Below are positions 30,512 to 42,803 of a stretch of 64,000 nt of DNA, piece after piece. The notes beneath the pieces were generated by a model. It did no database searches. It was not told where the DNA came from and saw only the letters and a list, made by a program, of their open reading frames with translations. Each line of letters begins with the position of its first letter. Within the stretch, counting starts at the first letter, position 1. The stretch is from an uncultured Planctomycetales bacterium. Its GTDB lineage: Bacteria; Omnitrophota; Gorgyraeia; Zapsychrales; JANLHA01. Position numbers and translations under genes: made by a program. The DNA lies in assembly GCA_964595465.1 (NCBI GenBank), contig CAZQQI010000005.1, positions 9,562 to 73,561 on the forward strand, read 5' to 3'.

Positions 30512-30526
30512 TGTGAGGGAGGATCT

Positions 30527-31102
30527 ATGAGCTGTCAGGATCTGATCAAAGGGCGGCGCAGTGTCCGCAAATTCAAAGATACTTTGGTGAAAGATGAGGA
30601 GGTCGTCCAGCTTCTGGACGCCGCCCGCTGGGCTCCTTCCTGGATGAATACCCAGTGCTGGGAGTTCATTGTGGTCCGTGACGAAGACCTGATCCGTCAG
30701 GTCGTAGAGACCTTCAGCCCGGCCAATCCGTCACGTCCTTGTGCCGGCGAGGCTTCTGTCCTGCTGGTCGCGGCCGCCCGCCGGGATGCCGCGGGGATGG
30801 GGAAAGACGGGAGACCGTCAACCGAAATCCAGAATTGGTTTATGTTCGATCTGGGCGCGGCCGTGCAGAATATCAGTTTGGCCGCGTATGATATGGGCCT
30901 GGCCACGGTCGTTGTCGGTTCGCTTGACCATGCCCGCTGTGCGGAACTTTTGAAGGTTCCCGCTGATGTTCAGGTTGCCGCCGTTCTTCCGGTCGGCCGT
31001 CCCGCGCAGACTCCGGCTCCGAAACCGCGCAAGGATCTCGATGAGTTCGTCTCGGTCGATCATTACGGAAAGCGCTGGGCTTTAGGGGGAGAGGAAAAAT
31101 AA
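30527..31102 (+). CDS. Nitroreductase family protein
   Basis: RRSVRKF, AARWAPSWMNTQ.WEFIVV, DLGAAVQN. Confidence 0.92.
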   Translation: MSCQDLIKGRRSVRKFKDTLVKDEEVVQLLDAARWAPSWMNTQCWEFIVVRDEDLIRQVVETFSPANPSRPCAGEASVLLVAAARRDAAGMGKDGRPSTEIQNWFMFDLGAAVQNISLAAYDMGLATVVVGSLDHARCAELLKVPADVQVAAVLPVGRPAQTPAPKPRKDLDEFVSVDHYGKRWALGGEEK

Positions 31103-31103
31103 A

Positions 31104-31790
31104 ATGCCGCAGACATACGAATATACTATGGGCCGTGAGCTGGATCTCGCCGCTGAGCAGCAGAAAACCCTTAACACCCCCTGTCTGGAGGCGCATGTCA
31201 TTCACAAGGCCATGTTCTGGATGATGGACGTGCTTTATGGGAAAGAGGTCAGCTGGCCCAAGGTCAAGGTTCTGGAGATCCTGGCCCGCTACCCGTACTG
31301 GGCCTGGGAAGACGGGGGATACAACGGTCTCAGCCGTCTTTATGCGCGCACTACAGAGCCGGCCGAAGCAGATGTTGAGAATTTTCGTAATTATATTTCA
31401 TTGGGCCGCGACAGCCAGGATAATGAAGAACTGCACATGCTGATCGCCGAAGACATCATTGCGCAGAAAGGCATAAACCTGGGCTGGTTCCGGCATTGGC
31501 TTCTGCCCCGGCTGATGGGGACGGGATACGCGATCCTCACCAAGATCATTTTTCACCTCAGTCCGTCATTGTCGTTCTATATGAACGCCGCTTTCGAATC
31601 GCATGCCGAACATGAATATATGTCCCTGGCCGCCGATCATCCGGAGTGGGAAGATGTCCCCGTCGATTCCAAGTACTTCAAGTACTATCCCCGCCAGAGC
31701 AGTCTTAACAATCTTATCCGCCGCATCGCGCTCGACGAGCGTGACCACATGTACCATTCCCTGGAAGAATACGAAAAGCTTAAACACTGA
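31104..31790 (+). CDS. AOX/PTOX-like di-iron carboxylate protein
   Basis: LEILARYPY, DNEELH, FESHAEHEY, IALDERDH ligand pattern. Confidence 0.72.
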   Translation: MPQTYEYTMGRELDLAAEQQKTLNTPCLEAHVIHKAMFWMMDVLYGKEVSWPKVKVLEILARYPYWAWEDGGYNGLSRLYARTTEPAEADVENFRNYISLGRDSQDNEELHMLIAEDIIAQKGINLGWFRHWLLPRLMGTGYAILTKIIFHLSPSLSFYMNAAFESHAEHEYMSLAADHPEWEDVPVDSKYFKYYPRQSSLNNLIRRIALDERDHMYHSLEEYEKLKH

Positions 31791-31852
31791 CCCGAAAAAA
31801 ATAGCAAACCGCTATTTTCCCTTCATCATGTGCTGTTTACTATCCGCTGATT

Positions 31853-32137
31853 TTATTTCGAATCACGTCCGGTGAGTTTGTCTTTGATACGTTGGCAGGC
31901 TTTTTCCGAAAGGCAGCAATCGGAAGGGGGTTCGTGACTGCAGACAGCCTCCATGTAATGCTTCAGTGTTTCGCGCAGGCTTTTGAGCTGTTTACTGCAG
32001 TACACGCAGGTTCTGCAGACCGCAAGGTGAGCGGTCAGCATGGCCTTTTCTTTCGCGGAAAGTTCTTCTTCCATACTCTTGGACATCAAAACAGTGGCGA
32101 TCTTGCAGGAGATATGATCTTTGTCCGTGCCGGTCAT
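31853..32137 (-). CDS. zf-HC2 anti-sigma factor
   Basis: SC..., HLAVCRTC (HxxxCxxC); coupled to the sigma factor gene. Confidence 0.85.
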   Translation of the reverse strand: MTGTDKDHISCKIATVLMSKSMEEELSAKEKAMLTAHLAVCRTCVYCSKQLKSLRETLKHYMEAVCSHEPPSDCCLSEKACQRIKDKLTGRDSK

Positions 32138-32727
32138 TGTTCTCCTTTACGTTCAAACCAATTCTCTTCGATACATCCCCGCATCTGCAGACGGGCGCGG
32201 TGCATCATGACCCAGAGGTTGGTCGGTGTAATGTTTAAAATCTGACAAATTTCCTTCGTTTCCATGTGGTCCAGTTCTCTCATAGAGAACGCCTCGGCTG
32301 TGCGCGAAGGCAGTTTCTGAATGCACTTTTCCAGCACTTCCCAGAATTCGTGGTTTTCGCTGAGTTCGCGGGGGTTAGCCTCCCAGTCGGAGGGATATTT
32401 GTTGGGATGGCCGACCTGGTCGAAAAAGGAATCCACGGTCATGGATTCTTTGCGGCTCTGCAGACTGGAAACCGGTGTCTCACGGTATTTCTTGCGGAAA
32501 TAATCAATGATCTTATGTTTCAAAATTCCGATCATCCAGGTCCGCTCGGTGGATCGTCCGGCGAATTTATCTCTGGCCTTGAACGCGGCCAGAAATGTCT
32601 CCTGAACAAGGTTTTCAGCTTCATTGGGATTGCGCAGACGTCCCAGGGCAAAACGATAGAGGTAGTTGCCGTATTTATCGACCCACTCCGCCGGGTCGGA
32701 TAATTTGCGTGATGTGGTATCCGTCAT
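32134..32727 (-). CDS. ECF sigma-70 factor
   Basis: AENLVQETFLAA, TWMIGILKHKIID, NLWVMMHRAR. Confidence 0.93.
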   Translation of the reverse strand: MTDTTSRKLSDPAEWVDKYGNYLYRFALGRLRNPNEAENLVQETFLAAFKARDKFAGRSTERTWMIGILKHKIIDYFRKKYRETPVSSLQSRKESMTVDSFFDQVGHPNKYPSDWEANPRELSENHEFWEVLEKCIQKLPSRTAEAFSMRELDHMETKEICQILNITPTNLWVMMHRARLQMRGCIEENWFERKGEQ

Positions 32728-33131
32728 AGCAGGATTACTTTATCAAGGATTTGGAGAATGCGCAAGCAGGAATTCCCTGTAAGCCTTGGCATTTTTATTC
32801 GACTAAATAACACTCAACAGCGCATCAAAAAACCTCTCCCAGAAGGTCAAGGCCTGCTCGCTTGCGGGCGGGTCTTGTTTTAAAAAGGGAAATAACAAAA
32901 AATGGGGAAAGCATGAAAAGAATTCACTTTTTTTGTGATGTTGTTCATAAAAATCCGGAAAATCGGGAGGAATTACAGCATACCCGGCATTTATTCGTCT
33001 TTGTGGTCCGCGGCGAACAGGCTGAACAGGAGGAAAATGGTGATGCTCCGGATAAAAATCAGCGTTTTAAATCGCCGGGCCCGTATTTTAAGGGGAAACC
33101 TCGAGGGAATTTTTAGCGGAGAAAGGGGGAG

Positions 33132-33218
33132 ATGATGAACAATTATCTGGATTTTATCCGGTCCTGGTCTGACGAAGACGAGGCAGAAGAGTGTCTTCCC
33201 TGTCTCTGCGCTGACTAG
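33132..33218 (+). CDS. Putative 28-aa acidic, Cys-rich peptide
   Basis: Purine-rich AAAGGGGGAG directly upstream of ATGATG; MMNNYLDFIRSWSDEDEAEECLPCLCAD*. Confidence 0.35.
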   Translation: MMNNYLDFIRSWSDEDEAEECLPCLCAD

Positions 33219-33220
33219 AT

Positions 33221-33314
33221 AACCCGGCTGCCGGTTTTCCTGTTTCCGCAAGGATACAGGTCTGGCCAAACAGGAAATCTCCCTTTGTTTCCTGTTCAAG
33301 CCGGCAGCCGGTTT
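33221..33314. other. Three-way-junction hairpin
   Basis: CCGGCTGCCGG/CCGGCAGCCGG closes the stems CCTGTTTCC-GCAA-GGATACAGG and AACAGGAAA/TTTCCTGTT. Confidence 0.55.
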
Positions 33315-33324
33315 GTTTTATCTC

Positions 33325-33358
33325 ATGGGGCAGCGGTTTTTTTCGGCCGCTGCCCCAT
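33325..33358. terminator. GC-rich hairpin upstream of the tRNA promoter
   Basis: ATGGGGCAGCGG/CCGCTGCCCCAT. Confidence 0.5.
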
Positions 33359-33386
33359 TGACGTTACATGCCTTCAATGCTACAAT
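33358..33386 (+). promoter_or_regulatory. Sigma70 promoter of tRNA-Pro
   Basis: TTGACG-N17-TACAAT. Confidence 0.6.
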
Positions 33387-33424
33387 ATGCGTTCATTACG
33401 CTTATTAATAGTATTAATATAAAT

Positions 33425-33502
33425 CGGGAAGTAGCGCAGCTCGGCTAGCGCGCAACGTTCGGGACGTTGAGGTCGAGGGTTCAAATCCCTCCTTCCCGAC
33501 CA
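33425..33502 (+). tRNA. tRNA-Pro(CGG)
   Basis: Acceptor CGGGAAG/CTTCCCG, anticodon arm CAACG-TTCGGGA-CGTTG, T-loop TTCAAAT, encoded CCA. Confidence 0.97.
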
Positions 33503-33634
33503 TTTTTTAGGTTCGATTCCTAGAATGCACCCATTTCTTCATTCCATTCTTCGTGACTTTCCAGAGAAATTTCCTCTGTTCCCATGGCGGGATATGTTCT
33601 TATATCATCCTAACTTACGTGAAAGGAGCGTGAT

Positions 33635-34405
33635 ATGGCCGATGTGATCGATTACCGTATTTTCGGGGATGACATGCAGATGGTCGAGATCGAACTTGAT
33701 CCGGGAGAGGGCGTCCGCGCCGAGGCCGGAGCCATGATGTACATGGAGGCTGACCTGACAATGCAGACCTCCGCCCACGGCGGGCTGTTCGGGGGATTCA
33801 AGCGCATGTTCACCGGGGAAAGTTTTTTTATTACCACGTTCCTCAACCAGGGTGGTGTTAAGCGGCATGTGGCTTTCGGCGCACCTTATCCGGGTAAGGT
33901 TGTCCCGCTTGATCTGCAGCAGCTCGGCGGACAGTTTTTATGCCAGAAAGACGCCTTTCTCTGCGCGGCGCGCGGTACGGATATTGAGGTCGCGTTTACC
34001 AAGCGTTTCGGCGCCGGGCTATTCGGCGGAGAAGGGTTTATTCTTCAGCGGCTCAACGGTGACGGCCTGACTTTTATTCATGCCGGCGGAACAGTGATCC
34101 GCAAAGAACTGCAGGCCGGGGAAACCCTGCGTGTCGATACCGGCTGTCTCGTGGCCCTGGCCCCGACCGTGGATTATGATATTCAGTTCGTGGGAGGCTT
34201 CAAGAATGCTTTATTCAGCGGGGAGGGATTGTTTTTTGCCAAGCTCACCGGCCCGGGTCTGGTCTACCTGCAGACCCTGCCGTTTTCCCGTTTGGCCGAC
34301 AGGGTGATTGCCGCCGCGGGATATCGTCAGCAGGGAGAACAGCGCTCCGGAGCCGCCGGCATTGCCGGGGATATTATCGGCGGATTGATTCAGGGGGATC
34401 GGTAA
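33635..34405 (+). CDS. TIGR00266/AIM24 family protein
   Basis: [44 protein letters not shown]. Confidence 0.92.
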   Translation: MADVIDYRIFGDDMQMVEIELDPGEGVRAEAGAMMYMEADLTMQTSAHGGLFGGFKRMFTGESFFITTFLNQGGVKRHVAFGAPYPGKVVPLDLQQLGGQFLCQKDAFLCAARGTDIEVAFTKRFGAGLFGGEGFILQRLNGDGLTFIHAGGTVIRKELQAGETLRVDTGCLVALAPTVDYDIQFVGGFKNALFSGEGLFFAKLTGPGLVYLQTLPFSRLADRVIAAAGYRQQGEQRSGAAGIAGDIIGGLIQGDR

Positions 34406-34462
34406 GGTCACCACGTCGCAAGATCACATGGAGACCTTATGATCTCGAACGAAAGAAGGACT

Positions 34463-37262
<2,800 letters not shown>

Positions 37263-37270
<8 letters not shown>

Positions 37271-38150
37271 TCATGTCGAATCTTTTTTGAATTATCTGGC
37301 TGTGGAACGGGGCCTGGCGGATAATACGCTGTCGGCGTACCGGCGTGATCTTAAAAAATATGCGGCTTTTTTAAACGAACAGGGTTGTCCCGGTCCGGAA
37401 TCAGCCAGCCGGGATCAGGTGACCGATTATATTTATGCCCTCAAACGGGAGGGGCGTGAGGTAACCACGATTTGCCGCAATTTGGCGGCTGTAAAGGGGT
37501 TTCACCGATTTTTGGTCCGCGAAGAAGTTGCCCGCGAAGATCCTACAGCTCTGGTCGAGACACCGCGTTTATGGCAGAGGGTCCCGGACGTGCTGTCCGA
37601 AAGGGAAGTTGAGTCTATGATCCGCGCTGCCAGAGGGCATGATATTCAGACCGTGCGCAACCGCGCCATTCTGGAATTATTTTATGCCTCGGGGATGCGG
37701 GTTTCAGAATTGGCGGATTTGCTTCTGGAAAATGTGCACGCGGATGCCGGGTATGTCCGGTGTACGGGAAAAGGACAAAAAGAAAGGATCGTGCCTGTCG
37801 GACGGGAAGCGGTCGCCGCGGTCGAGGAATATGTCGGCAGTGCCCGCCCGGCACTGGCCAAAGGCTCGTCCTGCCGTCAGGTGTTCATCAGCCGGTTGGG
37901 ACGCCGTTTAAGCCGGCAGAGCCTGTGGAAGATCATTAAAAAGTATGTCCGTCTGGCCGGGATCCGCAAGACGATCAAGCCGCATACCTTGAGGCATTCC
38001 TTCGCGACCCATTTGCTGGCCCGCGGAGCGGACCTGCGCTCGGTCCAGGAAATGCTGGGGCACGCGGATATCTCGACCACACAGATTTATACCCATGTGG
38101 ACCACGAGCGTCTGCGTCAGGTTCATAAGAAATTTCATCCCCGGGGGTGA
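37263..38150 (+). CDS. xerD: Tyrosine recombinase XerD
   Basis: ERGLADNT, YASGMRVSE, HTLRHSFATH, LGHADISTTQIYTH, HPRG. Confidence 0.95.
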
Positions 38151-38154
38151 TCGC

Positions 38155-39180
38155 GTGGCAGTGGATTTCAAACAATTACCTGGTCCTTTACGGAAAAGGG
38201 TCCGTGATATTGCCGGGTTCTGTAAGACCCGCGATATCGATCTGTATTTGGTCGGGGGCTGTGTCCGCGATCTTTTACTCGGGCGGCAGACGTTCGATAT
38301 TGATGTGGTCTGCCCGGCGCCGGCCGTCTCTGCGGCCCGGGAGTTCGCGGCCCGGGAACACCTGGATGTCACAACACATGACCGCTTCGGTACAGCGACC
38401 CTTTTTTATCATGACGGAACGTATATCGACTGGGTGACGGCGCGTAAGGAACGTTATGACCGGCCCGGCGCACTGCCGGAGGTTGAGCCGTCATCGCTTG
38501 AGGAGGACCTGTTCCGGCGGGATTTCACGCTCAATGCCGTCGCCGCATCTTTAGCTCCGGGAGCCGAGGGCGAACTTGTGGATCCGTATGACGGGCAGAA
38601 GGATTTGCGTGCCGGTGTTCTGCGTGTTCTGCATGGAGAGAGTTTTCGCGACGATCCGACCCGGATTCTGCGCGGGGTCCGTTTCGCTCAGCGTTTTGAT
38701 TTTAATTTCTCCCCTGAGACCCGGGAACTGGCGGTGTGCGCTCTGGCTGAAGGCGTTTGGAGAACGGTCTCCGGGCCGCGCTATTTTCAGGAATGCCTGC
38801 GGTTCTGCAGTGAGCCTTCGCCGTTATCCTGTTTTCGCGGTCTGGCCCGGCTGGCTGCGGGCGGAATGCTTCCTGATGGGGAACAGGTCGACTTGAACAT
38901 GATGGCGGCATTGGAAAGATCTCTTTCATCCGACGGGGCCTGGCAGGCCGTCCCGGCTGAGGTGCGCGTCCGGCAATTTGCGCTTACGTTTTTTCTGGGG
39001 ATGACAGAGGATGTCCGGCAGAAATATCTGCTGGAATTCCAGGCGGGGCGGGATCTGAAACGGCTCATCACGCAGGCGGAACAATGCCTTGATGGTGATC
39101 CGGGCGGGCTGACAGAACGCACGCTCTCCTGTGATCCTGCTGTATATGATCTGATCGCGCATGTCGTAAAGAATGACTGA
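38155..39180 (+). CDS. Class II tRNA nucleotidyltransferase
   Basis: VGGCVRD..DID, FGTA, DLFRRDFTLNA, SFRDDPTRILR. Confidence 0.88.
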   Translation: MAVDFKQLPGPLRKRVRDIAGFCKTRDIDLYLVGGCVRDLLLGRQTFDIDVVCPAPAVSAAREFAAREHLDVTTHDRFGTATLFYHDGTYIDWVTARKERYDRPGALPEVEPSSLEEDLFRRDFTLNAVAASLAPGAEGELVDPYDGQKDLRAGVLRVLHGESFRDDPTRILRGVRFAQRFDFNFSPETRELAVCALAEGVWRTVSGPRYFQECLRFCSEPSPLSCFRGLARLAAGGMLPDGEQVDLNMMAALERSLSSDGAWQAVPAEVRVRQFALTFFLGMTEDVRQKYLLEFQAGRDLKRLITQAEQCLDGDPGGLTERTLSCDPAVYDLIAHVVKND

Positions 39181-39195
39181 ATTGGGAGGTTTATT

Positions 39196-39594
39196 ATGGG
39201 ACGTATGGAGAGGATCAATCAATTGATCAAAATAGAGATCGGCAATATTATTCAAAAGGATCTGGCCGATCCCCGTCTGCAGTTTGTTTCGGTGACTAAG
39301 GTCCGGGTCACGCCTGATCTTCAGGAAGCCAGGGTGGGCTTTAGTGTGCTGGGCGGACGGGAAAGAGTCGCTGAGGCGGAGGCCGTGCTGCAGCGGGTGG
39401 CGGGCATAGTGCGCCGTCTGATCAGCCAGCGGGTGACCCTGCGGCATACACCGCGCGTCGAGTTCGTCTATGACCCGTCCATTGAATACAGCAGCCGTGT
39501 CGAGGAGGTCCTGGACGACATCCAGAGAGCAGAGCAAGGCGGGTCCCCGGATTCGCCGGCGGATGATGAGGAGGTGCGGGATGAATCCGTTTAA
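39196..39594 (+). CDS. rbfA: Ribosome-binding factor A
   Basis: DPRL..VSVTKV.VTPDL, LRHTPRVEFVYD.S. Confidence 0.93.
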   Translation: MGRMERINQLIKIEIGNIIQKDLADPRLQFVSVTKVRVTPDLQEARVGFSVLGGRERVAEAEAVLQRVAGIVRRLISQRVTLRHTPRVEFVYDPSIEYSSRVEEVLDDIQRAEQGGSPDSPADDEEVRDESV

Positions 39595-40555
39595 AGATGT
39601 TTTAAACGTGATCCGCGACAATGACCGTTTTCTGCTTTCCACGCACGTCAATCCCGATCCTGACGCCCTGACGTCACAGCTGGTCCTGGCAGAATATCTG
39701 CGCCGTAAAGGCAAGAGGGTCGCTATGATCAACGCCGAGTCCGTTCCGGCGCGGTTTGAGTTCCTTCCCGGATCGTCAAAGATCAAGCCCCTTGGTGACC
39801 GCGTGCGTCTGGCCTATGATGCCGCTATTGTAACGGACTGCGGGGATAAAACCCGCGTGGGAGAGGTTGGACGTCTTTTGCGTCCGGGCCGGCCGCTGGT
39901 CAATATTGACCATCATGTCACAAATACTGCTTTTGGAGATGTGAATTGTGTTTTGCCCGTTTCGTCGAGCGCGGAGATCATCTTTGAACTCCTGCAGGCG
40001 GAGAAGATGCCGCTGGATCAGCAGACGGCATATTTGTTGTACATCGGGATCATGACCGATACCGGGTCGTTCCGCTATGAGAATTCTTCAGCGCGGACGC
40101 ATGAGATCGTAGCGCAGTTAATGCGGTTCGGCATCTCGCCTCCGCAGATCTATAAAAAGATCTATGAAACGATTCCTGTCAATGATTTGAAATATTTCAC
40201 CAAATTGGTCAGTGATTTTGAGCCCTTGTATGACGGACGCGTGGTCTGTGTGGAGCTTTCCCGGAATGTGGTTAAGAAGTTTTCCGCGGAGTTTGATCTG
40301 CGCGATAAGATCTTCCGGTATTTACGGGCTATTAAAGGCGTTGAGGTGCTGGTCATTTTGACCGAGCAGGACGCGAAGACGACCCGGGTCAATTTCCGTT
40401 CTTTGGGAAGGGCGGACGTGGCGCGCATCGCCAGCCGTTTTGACGGCGGCGGGCACAGTCAGGCCAGCGGAAGCCAGCTTTCCTGCGATATGCCCTCCGC
40501 GCGCAGAAAGGTCCTGCGTGCCGTGAAGAAAGCACTTGAAGCTGACGTATCATGA
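39581..40555 (+). CDS. nrnA: DHH-family oligoribonuclease/PAP phosphatase
   Basis: HVNPDPD, NIDHH, TDTGSF, GGGH. Confidence 0.9.
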   Translation: MNPFKDVLNVIRDNDRFLLSTHVNPDPDALTSQLVLAEYLRRKGKRVAMINAESVPARFEFLPGSSKIKPLGDRVRLAYDAAIVTDCGDKTRVGEVGRLLRPGRPLVNIDHHVTNTAFGDVNCVLPVSSSAEIIFELLQAEKMPLDQQTAYLLYIGIMTDTGSFRYENSSARTHEIVAQLMRFGISPPQIYKKIYETIPVNDLKYFTKLVSDFEPLYDGRVVCVELSRNVVKKFSAEFDLRDKIFRYLRAIKGVEVLVILTEQDAKTTRVNFRSLGRADVARIASRFDGGGHSQASGSQLSCDMPSARRKVLRAVKKALEADVS

Positions 40556-40597
40556 CGCGTGATCAATGATGTCCGCTCATAGCTGTCTAAGTTAGGA

Positions 40598-40680
40598 TTC
40601 CCTTCCCCTTGCGGGAGGGTTAGGGAGGGGGATCTCGTCAAGCAAAACCCCCGCCCGGCCTTCCCCTTAAAGGGGAGGAG
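40598..40680. repeat. RIME/CIR-like palindromic intergenic element
   Basis: CCCTTCCCCTTGCGGGAGGGTTAGGGAGGGGG...CCCCCGCCCGGCCTTCCCCTTAAAGGGGAGGAG paired palindromes. Confidence 0.7.
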
Positions 40681-40824
40681 CGATAGCGTATTTCATGTCT
40701 CTGACAATTTTTCTCGACGGATAATGATGCCTAATGGGAGCACACGTGATGTCCGTTATAGATTTTTAAAGACCGGCAGACATTAAAATGATCGTTATAA
40801 CATGTATATGTATGAGGAGTTGAT

Positions 40825-41520
40825 ATGGTCTACAAGCAGCAAAAAGGACAGGATGTTTTAGAAGGGATCCTCGTCGTGAATAAGCCCGCGGGCATGACGT
40901 CGCATGATGTGGTCGACCGTGTCCGCCGCCGGCTGGGGATGCGCCGTGTCGGTCACGCCGGCACACTGGATCCGCTGGCGACCGGCGTCCTGATCATTCT
41001 GGTCGGCAGATCAACGAAATTGTTCAACCGGTTTATGGATTTTGATAAAGCCTACCGTGCGACCCTGCGTCTTGGGCTGACCACAACCACCGCCGATATT
41101 CAGGGCGAGGTCCTGCAGGAAAAAGACTTTTCCGGCGTCAATGAGGACGCGTTACGGGATGCCTTCAGCGGATTCGTTGGGGATATTGAACAGATCCCGC
41201 CGATGGTCTCTGCCGTTAAGGTGAAGGGCCGGCGTCTTTATGAACTGGCCCGGAAGGGGATCGAGGTTGAGCGCAAGCCCCGCAGGATCCATATCGAACG
41301 TATTGATCTGAAATCGTTCTCTGCTCCAGACGCGGAATTTTTTCTTGAGTGTTCTAAAGGGACCTATGTCCGCAAACTCGCCGAGGATGTCGGGGAGGTG
41401 GTCGGCTGCGGGGCCTGTGTGACACAGATCGAGCGGACCCGTGTGGGGCCGTATATCCTTGACCAGGCCGTAGAGCTGGACCAAATCCGCGAAGAAGATC
41501 TCAGGCCGTTTTCAGAGTGA
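40825..41520 (+). CDS. truB: tRNA pseudouridine(55) synthase
   Basis: KPAGMTSHDVV, GHAGTLDPLATG, CSKGTYVR. Confidence 0.96.
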   Translation: MVYKQQKGQDVLEGILVVNKPAGMTSHDVVDRVRRRLGMRRVGHAGTLDPLATGVLIILVGRSTKLFNRFMDFDKAYRATLRLGLTTTTADIQGEVLQEKDFSGVNEDALRDAFSGFVGDIEQIPPMVSAVKVKGRRLYELARKGIEVERKPRRIHIERIDLKSFSAPDAEFFLECSKGTYVRKLAEDVGEVVGCGACVTQIERTRVGPYILDQAVELDQIREEDLRPFSE

Positions 41521-41644
41521 ATGATCAGGATCTGCAATATGATCGATGCGTTCTCAATACATATCACGAACAATGCAATTTTGTTTGATTTTTAAATTTA
41601 CTGTTTGATCGCTGATCAGTTTCATTGATAAATTAGGATGACGC

Positions 41645-42589
41645 ATGGACCTTATCCACGGCATTTCGGCATGCCGCCATACTTACCAGAATGTGGTTTT
41701 AGCCATCGGGGTTTTTGACGGCCTGCATCATGGGCACCGCCGTCTGATCGAGAAGACCCGGGAGAGGGCCGGGACGATCGGCGGGACAAGCATGGTGATG
41801 ACGTTTGACCCTCACCCGGTCAATGTCCTGCACCCCGACCGCGCTGTTCCCCTGATCGCCTCATTGCCTTACCGTTTGAAATTGCTTGAGGAGACCGGTG
41901 TGGACGTCTGTTGTTTGATCCGCTTTAACCGGCGTTTTGCCCGTCTTCTTCCAGAAGATTTTATCCGCCGGTATCTGGTCGATTGCCTGCAGGTGTCCGA
42001 GGTTGTCGTCGGGGAAGATTTTCGTTTCGGACGGAACCGCGCTGGTAACGCCCGATCCTTAAAAGAGGCCGGACAGGAATGCGGCTTCCGTGTTCACACG
42101 GTGAAGATCCGCCGGGATACGGACCGGGAAAAACAGGTCAGCAGCAGCCGCATCCGCCGCCTGATCGCCCGGGGAGATGTCTGCGAAGCGGCGCGTCTGC
42201 TGGACCGTCCCGTTGCAGTGATGGGACAGGTCATATCCGGTGACCGGCGGGGGAGGAGACTGGGATATCCCACGGCCAATCTTGATACCCGCATGACCGG
42301 AGCGGTTCCTAACGGGGTCTTTTGTGTACGTATTCATGTCGGCCGCGGAACATATTACGGCATCGCCAACGTGGGCCGCCGCCCTTCGTTTAAAAAAGAT
42401 CAGGCTCCGGCTGTGGAAGTCCATATCTTCGACCTGCGCCGCGACCTTTACGGCAAAACTGTGATCGTGGAGTTTTTGAAAAAGATCCGCGATGAGCAGA
42501 AATTTTCTTCTTCTGACCAGCTGGTGGAGCGTTTGAGGCAGGATGAGCAGTATGCCCGCGGCTGGTTCCTTCGTCACTCTCAAACGTAA
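41645..42589 (+). CDS. ribF: Riboflavin kinase/FAD synthetase
   Basis: IGVFDGLHHGH, DFRFG, VSSSRIR, GYPTAN, EVHIFD. Confidence 0.96.
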   Translation: MDLIHGISACRHTYQNVVLAIGVFDGLHHGHRRLIEKTRERAGTIGGTSMVMTFDPHPVNVLHPDRAVPLIASLPYRLKLLEETGVDVCCLIRFNRRFARLLPEDFIRRYLVDCLQVSEVVVGEDFRFGRNRAGNARSLKEAGQECGFRVHTVKIRRDTDREKQVSSSRIRRLIARGDVCEAARLLDRPVAVMGQVISGDRRGRRLGYPTANLDTRMTGAVPNGVFCVRIHVGRGTYYGIANVGRRPSFKKDQAPAVEVHIFDLRRDLYGKTVIVEFLKKIRDEQKFSSSDQLVERLRQDEQYARGWFLRHSQT

Positions 42590-42718
42590 TATTTTTTCCC
42601 GAAGAGATTCTTTTTTGATTCTTTATAAATAATCCCGCCATACGTCTGCCATATGTAGCCCTTAAGAGGGTTTTTTCCTCAACATGTTGTATACCAATGA
42701 AATAGAGCTGATTTGCTA

Positions 42719-42782
42719 TTGACAGGCGCAGACTTATTTAATATACTTGAAAGCGTAGTGGAGGAAAGTGGAGTAAAGTGGA
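42719..42782 (+). promoter_or_regulatory. dcw promoter with three MraZ-binding boxes
   Basis: TTGACA-N17-TATACT, then GTGGA at 42758, 42768 and 42778 (10-bp period). Confidence 0.85.
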
Positions 42783-42803
42783 ACAAATACCTGGAAGGCC
42801 GTT

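Noticed and set aside
32862-33135. 84-aa and 66-aa ORFs divergent from the ECF sigma
   Set aside because: The region is AT-rich with no motifs and competing overlapping frames, so neither can be supported as coding.
33221-33314. c-di-GMP-I riboswitch or 6S RNA
   Set aside because: It lacks the GGCAAAC..GAAA..GACGCAAAG core and is too short and branched for 6S RNA.
41536-41548. 13-bp match (CAATATGATCGAT) to the MITE terminal repeat in the truB-ribF spacer
   Set aside because: The match is too short, has no partner end, and could arise by chance.
42758-42782. Short direct repeats as a CRISPR or novel repeat
   Set aside because: GTGG boxes with a 10-bp period upstream of mraZ are the known MraZ operator.
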